DNA from: Paraspadella gotoi
Lineage: Eukaryota > Animalia > Chaetognatha
Assembly (NCBI GenBank): GCA_051294375.1
Contig: CM119268.1
Span: 16,884,013 to 16,947,946 of the forward strand
Direction of reading: 5' to 3'
Length of the DNA stretch: 63,934 bases
The number at the start of each line of letters is the position of its first letter. The stretch's first letter is position 1. The translations under genes were made by a program, and so were the position numbers. The notes beneath the pieces were generated by a model. It was given only the letters and a program-made list of their open reading frames with translations. It made no database searches and had not been told where the DNA came from. Shown here one piece after another: positions 57,913 through 63,934 of this stretch.

Positions 57913-59755
57913 TGTATATGTAAAATTTTAAAAATGTACTACATAAAATGTCCAAGTTATGCAACTTTTAAAATTTTTTTTTTGGGCCTATTTTTAAGTG
58001 GTTTAGAATTGTCCGATTTAAATTTTAACCCAATGGGCAATAGACCTACGTTGAGACTATTTTATGTTAAAATATCAGCTCATTGGACACAAAAATATAA
58101 GAATTATTTGATCCCTGGAAAAAGGACACTCTACGCTTCGGGTACTATATCTGAGGGTCAAGAACATGAATCGTTTATCCTTTGACGCGAAAAGTTGTCT
58201 TATTTCCAAACTCAATTCTTACTTTTAAAAGAAACACATGTGGTAATAGTTGATCTTTGTGCTATTCCGAGTTAAAAGCATAATTTTTTCATGTTAACGT
58301 TAACGTTAACGCAGAGATAATTCTGTTAAATCTTTAATCTGGAAATCGCGAAAGTCTGGAACAGTTTTTGGCAAAGAATCGAGAAAATGATAAAAAATTG
58401 AAGGGAAGACAATAATACAAAGAGAGAGAGAGAGAGAAAAAAGGAATAAAAAAGATTAGAAAGGTGAAAGAAAATGGGAAAGAAAATGGGCGAACACAAA
58501 TCGAGAATGAAGGAAGTAAGAAAAAGGTAAAAATACCACGTGTCCGTTCTAAACATTACTATAATTCAGATACGCCATTGATTAGAATAATAATAGGGAT
58601 TTCTTATGATGTAAAATTTTTTTTTATTGCAATCAAGAACACGTCTAAAATGGTCTTTTTTCGCCAATTTCACTGTGTTAGATAAGATATTAAACATAGA
58701 ATAGTAAATGAATTAAACCCATTAAAACCATCCAGTAGTTTTTCAACTATGATATACTTATGAATTGTATTTATTAAATATTTAAAGTATCGTAAAGATT
58801 TTTTTGGTGTCACTCGCGAACGAACACGGGGTAGACACGAGTAATCCAATGCCCCTGGGCGGGGAAAGAAATGATAGGGAAGAAGAGGAAAACTCGATAA
58901 GGAAAAAGGGGAAAAAAAGGCGGGCAGAGGGAAAAAATTGGGGAGGAAAAAGGAAAAGGGGGTTGCGTCTCAACTCTGCCACTTTCCTTCATTTTTTATA
59001 AAATCAGTTAGAAAAAAGATTTTGGATGTACGCATAGATGATGTCACGTTTCCATCTCTAATCTTAATCGTCACTCTGCCGAATGTTCGCAAGACGCACG
59101 TGAGCCTCCCTCGTTCGGAAGGCCTTCAGAATAATAGTTAAATACAGTTATATTTAACGTATATTCAACGATCAAAAGTTATCTCAAACGACTGCTTCTG
59201 CAGCAGCCCCCCCCCAAAAAAAAAAAATCGCGTAATAGCGCAGCAGCGAAAAAGACTTACTGCGCAGTTTGAAAGAGAGATTGCGTCGACTTATTGCGCA
59301 GTTCACGGTCGAGTCTCGAATCAAACCCCCCACCCCCTTTCACTAGGGCTGATAGAAATAGATTTTTTCTTTTTTTATCTATTACTCTACTAACTTCTCC
59401 ATTTATCAGTTAAGTTTTTATTCTTTCCTTTCGTTTTTCCCTTTTTCCCGTTGACTCTTCACCATCACTCCCTTCGACTCAACGTTTTCATCTGCAACAT
59501 CAGAGACCATTTTCCCTCAATCAATTCCCTTCTCGGCCATGTTTTCCGAAAATGCCTCACTTTAGCTTAAATTTAGAATGAAATATTTTTTTTTGAAATT
59601 TAATAATTTGGTTAATAATTAAGTTAATAAATAAGGTAAAAGATCAAGATTTAACCTTAAAGGATAGAGTTAGGGATTATGTTTATGGAGCAAAGAGATT
59701 TGAACCCAGTTGGCCACTCTGTTCGGTGGTCGCTCGGGAAAGCGGCTATTGATCT

Positions 59756-59801
<46 letters not shown>

Positions 59802-62778
59802 TTGATCAGTGCCGCGCTCTCTAACTTTAGTTCTCTCACGATCTCTCATTGTAACAACATGTCTCTAATATTGTATCATTGCTAATAAATGTACCTCTAC
59901 ATAACTGGTGTAAGCCCGACATGAACCGCAAAAACAGTTATAACTTTAGAAAGCGCTAAGGGTTAAAATTTGAGTTAAAATTAAAATTTGGGATTGACAA
60001 ACAGATAAAAAGGCCCTTTTTAAAAAAAATATTGCCAACGATTCATTTTTTCAACTCGACCTCTTTATCCCGAGCCATCCTGCACGTCGTGTCCCGGGCG
60101 ACAGTTTCGCCTGGCAAAATGTTAGGGCCCGGGAAGCGCGAAAGGTCTGCGCCTGATCGGTGGGCGTGACGAGCGCGCGCAACTCCGCGTGTTCTTGACA
60201 GACCCTACGCGATTTTCATAATTGATGGAAACAAGGAACGATACGTAATTCGACGATGCGGCGTCGCATGGACGAAACATGGACGGTTGTTTCAAGGTAA
60301 ATAACCATCTAGAACTGAAAATAATAATATGCTTCAGTTTCTAGGTATTTAAGGGATCAAACCTCGCGGCGCAACTCGACAAGCGTTGGCTTTTACGAAA
60401 AAGGAATTCAGTGCGCGTGAACTCGTGACGAAGCGCGAGAGGCGAAGACGACGCCTCATTGGTATTTTGCCAAACTCTCCCTCTCTCACTCCTCCCACAT
60501 CCCTTATCTTTTAAGCCAAAAATTTATTGCAAAAACATAAAAATATTGAAGCAATACGATTACTGTTCTCTCTATTTAATTTAAGTTCAATTTCTGTCAT
60601 TTTTATAATTTTAAAAATGTATCACTATAAATTATTGTAAGGCTATTTAAAAAAAAAATTATTTTCCTAAAACTTTTAATTTTAATTTATATATATTTTT
60701 GTCAAGATATATTCTTATTATTTTCATGCTATCCCTAAATTCAATATCATCATGTTAGCAACAAAATGATACTGCAATTGCATATGTCAACCGAATCTCC
60801 ATCGGCAGAAGCGTTCTCAGAAAAGACGTCGATGCTTCGATTTGACACCTCGATTTAGAATTCATGAATTGCCAACCGGGGGCGAGCTCCAGGGGAAAGT
60901 GTCTCGAAAAAGAGAAAGAGAGGAGAAGAGAGGAAGAGAAAAGAATAAAGGAAGAGTATGAGAGAATTAGCGAAAAAAAAACTGTCTTTTTTCACTCGGC
61001 GTTCTCAGTCATTACAATAAAAATGTATTTAAGTGAATTTTGTTTATTTTGTTTTTTTTTTTTCAAGGAAAGCTCGAAATTAATAAAATGTATTGAAATT
61101 TTTGATTTTGTTTTTATAAAACCTACAATAATTAATAGTGTGTACATTTTTTAAAAAATTATTAAAAATGACAGGAACATTGAAATACAATTTAAATTAG
61201 AGAGAACAGTTAGTAGTATTAGTTCTAATATTTTCCCTTCTGCAAAGCCAATAAACATTGTGGGGGGAAACCAAAAAAATCAATAGTTAAAATGGAAACC
61301 CCTCCTCAAGGATACTTGATATCCAAAGCGGATAAGAATCGACCCACTCTGAATTTACCATGATCGTTACATGGTATGAGAGGTATGTGCTGGACTGGAG
61401 GAGGTTGAGTGGAGAGAGAGGGAAAGAGTTTGAGCGTCGGCCAAACAACAATACCAATGAAATTTAGGGCGTCAAGCCGGCCCCGTCTTCCGCCTCTCTC
61501 GGCTTCGTCACGAGCGTTCAACACCCACGAGAAGGCCGCCAGGGGAGATGACCTGAATTCCTTTTTTCGTAAAAAGCCAACGCTTGTCAGTCTGGTGCCG
61601 GACCGCAGGTTTTCAAGATGATCATGCCTTAATACCTCCGTAGAGAGACTGAAAAAGACATAGAGTTATAGTGTAGTTTCAAGGTATACTAGTAATGGTT
61701 CTTAATTTAGCCTTGACTGACACAAATCGGTCCGATGAGTTTAGCGGTTCACATGCGAGGCACCGCCACCGCTTTTCACGATCGCTCCTCGGAATGTAAA
61801 GCGTTATTCGTACCGTTGTTCTTCCCCTATACAATGCTACTAGAAACATTTTTCCGGTGGCTGAAGTTTTTTGTGCTTCCGTTTCGATTGGTATATATCA
61901 CGCGAGGTTAGTATTGCGCGCGGAGCATGATGACGTCGTACGCCGCAGAGACGATCGAGAGCGAGCGCAAGAAAACCTGTTACGCGGCTATCCCGGGCCG
62001 ACTTAGAAACATTATGATAAGCCAGGCGAAACTGTACTCCCGGGACACGACGAGCTGCAGGATGGGACTGAGAAGAGACGGAGAAAATAAACGAGTGCGA
62101 GGGTATGAAAAAATGAAGTCGCTTGGCAATATATTTTTTTTTAAAAAAGGCCTTTTTATCTGTTTGTCCAATCCCAAATTTTTATTTTTAACTCAATTAT
62201 TAACCCTTAGCGCTTTCTAAAGTGTATAACTGTTTTTGCTGGTTCAGTCGGGCTTAGACAGCCAGTTATGTAGAGGTACATTTAATTAGCAATGATACAA
62301 TATTAGAGACATGTTGTAACAATTGAGAGATCGGGGTGAGAGAGACTAAAAAGTTAAGAGCGCGGCATGATTGCAAAGTAATGAGAGAAGGAGAGAGAAG
62401 AGAGAGAGAGAGATGAGAGAGAGAAGAGAAGAGAGAGAGAGAGAGAGGGAGAGAGACGAGGATGAGAGAGAATCAGATCGGAATAGGGCCGCTTTCCACG
62501 AGCGACCACCGAACAGACGTGGCCAAGAGCTGGAGGGTTCAAGATCTTCTATAGATGGGCATCCCATAACAGTAATACCCTACTCTATCCTTTAAGGCTT
62601 AAAAATCGTTTNNNNNNNNNNNNNNNNNNNNNNNNNTTGAACTTACCTATGACGTACATGATGAAGTTGATGCTGTGACTGGAGACCTGCATGAAGGCCG
62701 TGACACGAAAGGCGGAGATGACCGTCGGCGACTGAATGATGATGTTCGAGGAGTAGAGTAAGATCAGGACTGACATGG
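51646..62778 (-). CDS. Rhodopsin-class (class A) GPCR, peptide-receptor-like; TM6-TM7 and C-tail only, 5' part lies in the N gap or beyond the window
   Basis: Exons >=62778-62647 (MSVLILLYSS...MQVSSHSINFIMYVI-G), 53225-53051 (GKRFRRELSFKFFKCFKR...), 52760-52646 and 51894-51646 splice in consistent phases (1,2,0). The joined SINFIMYVIGGKRFRREL..C is a TM7 NFxxY plus helix 8 signature. The last exon is supported only by phase. Confidence 0.75.
54931..55753 (+). mobile_element. Helentron-associated / DINE-1-like non-autonomous element (HINE)
   Basis: 11-bp sub-terminal inverted repeat GTCGGATCTGC (54938) / GCAGATCCGAC (55738), 3' hairpin GGATCTGC-TGCAA-GCAGATCC, GGAC/GGAT/GACA microsatellite at 55578-55620, two ~160-bp internal tandem units (55265-55570) and A-rich flanks. 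Confidence 0.7.
56830..57200 (+). mobile_element. 3' remnant of an RLE-type (CRE-like) non-LTR retrotransposon, frameshifted
   Basis: Across frameshifts it reads ARQAKHAKYEGKLPADVGFIPLVVTTFGA...KHFFERLSVCLQ..ENGNLLAS. This resembles the K..KY...F.P...T.G.W and LS..LQ..N end of restriction-like endonuclease retroelements. Confidence 0.55.
59647..62610. repeat. ~3-kb imperfect inverted duplication (arms about 59647-60650 and 61110-62610)
   Basis: For example, GACAAGCGTTGGCTTTTTACGAAAAAGGAATTCAG (60378) pairs with 61553-61588, and TTAGAAAGCGCTAAGGGTTAA (59946) pairs with about 62200. The left arm is deletion-rich. Confidence 0.85.
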
Positions 62779-63824
62779 NNNNNNNNNNNNNNNNNNNNNN
62801 NNNNNNNNNNNNNNNNNNNNNNNNNNNNNNNNNNNNNNNNNNNNNNNNNNNNNNNNNNNNNNNNNNNNNNNNNNNNNNNNNNNNNNNNNNNNNNNNNNNN
62901 NNNNNNNNNNNNNNNNNNNNNNNNNNNNNNNNNNNNNNNNNNNNNNNNNNNNNNNNNNNNNNNNNNNNNNNNNNNNNNNNNNNNNNNNNNNNNNNNNNNN
63001 NNNNNNNNNNNNNNNNNNNNNNNNNNNNNNNNNNNNNNNNNNNNNNNNAATTGGTCATGAATATTCTCTCAATTTCAGGCCCAAAAGTAATCTAAACTAT
63101 ACGTAGTAAAATGTCCTTTATACCGAAACAAAAAGAAAAAGGGGAAAAAGTGCGGAAGGAAAAAAGAAAAGAGGAAACCGATAAGAGATTGATGGGAGAA
63201 AAAGCCTCTCTGAAGATAAGAGAGAGAAAAAAGAACAAAAAAGACAAAGAGCCGAAACATTTTGGAAATGTTTTTAAGGTAAAAAGACAATTATCCTGTC
63301 ATTATACGTAAAACTGTTAAGCTATAAGCTAAATCAAAACGGAGAGAGAGAGAAAGAAAGAGAGAGAAAGAGAGAGAGAGAGAGAGAGCGCCAACCTGAT
63401 GTTCCGAATTCATTTGCGGATTCGTAGGCAAATCGCGGACTTTTCCCAACTTCCATAAAATTAAGAAATTAAGGATGGAGACGACGACGAGAGGGCCTAA
63501 AAACAAGAGAGGGTGACGGAGACAGTGAGAAAAAAAAGGAATAAAAGGAAACCTAAAATTAAGGAGACAAGCGTCGTTTTTTTATCTCGTGATTTCTGTT
63601 AGAGGAAAAAAAGGGAATTTAAATCCCTTTCTCCCTCTATCTCTCTCTCTCTCTCTTTCGTTAATAACGAAACCGGATATAACGAGTTTCGGGCAAATCC
63701 AATCCATCAAAAATGAATATCGATAAAGAAGGCGATTATTTTNNNNNNNNNNNNNNNNNNNNNNNNNACTGTGCCAAGGTTAACAATCGAAATTCAGCGT
63801 TATATATTTTGGTTCTAGTTTGGT

Positions 63825-63899
63825 TGGCGACTTCGCCATGGCGATATCGCCAGGGCTTTGGCGATGTCGCCAGTCCCCCCACTGGCGACCTCGCCAGTG
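63825..63899. repeat. Four copies of the palindrome TGGCGA-NN-TCGCCA
   Basis: Copies at 63825, 63839, 63859 and 63883; the last extends to a 20-bp near-perfect palindrome. Confidence 0.85.
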
Positions 63900-63934
63900 A
63901 TAAAAGTAGCGAATATAATGAAAAACGCAGCTAA

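Larger units (their letters stand above)
53815..58145. mobile_element. Non-autonomous long-TIR (foldback-like) DNA transposon in the GPCR intron
   Basis: 53815-54050 is the reverse complement of 57909-58145, and 54625-54920 of 57583-57878; the arms differ mostly by substitutions. The ends are GTACGCGAAAGCGTAGAG...CTCTACGCTTCGGGTAC, with a possible TA target duplication. No transposase was seen. Confidence 0.8.

Noticed and set aside
61789-61812. GGAATGTAAAG resembling miR-1
   Set aside because: The match covers only 11 nt, no precursor hairpin was seen, and it lies in the error-prone inverted duplication.

Overview
This is eukaryotic (animal, probably invertebrate) genomic DNA. It has GC-rich exons, AT-rich introns, many AG/CT microsatellites and about ten N gaps. 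Most ORFs in the supplied track are microsatellite artefacts. By splicing GT-AG exons by hand I reconstruct four genes in tandem on the minus strand. From right to left they are: the 3' part of a rhodopsin-class peptide-receptor-like GPCR, DNAAF6/PIH1D3, CEP41 (6 exons, about 376 aa) and CCDC170 (18 exons, about 838 aa, spanning 1839-40036). The last three are cilium/centriole/microtubule genes only 0.8-0.9 kb apart, with one canonical RFX X-box upstream of the first. This compact cluster, possibly operon-like, is the most interesting signal. CCDC170 introns contain two tRNA-Asn genes, an orphan two-exon 3' fragment of a CASK/p55 MAGUK gene on the opposite strand, an AATAAA/5'-splice-site minisatellite and a 5.4-kb tandem duplication of exons 6-10 (probably an assembly artefact). 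The GPCR intron holds a long-TIR DNA element with a nested Helentron-type element and a CRE-like retrotransposon remnant, plus a 3-kb indel-rich palindrome. Gene names come from my recall of the protein families, not from database searches.
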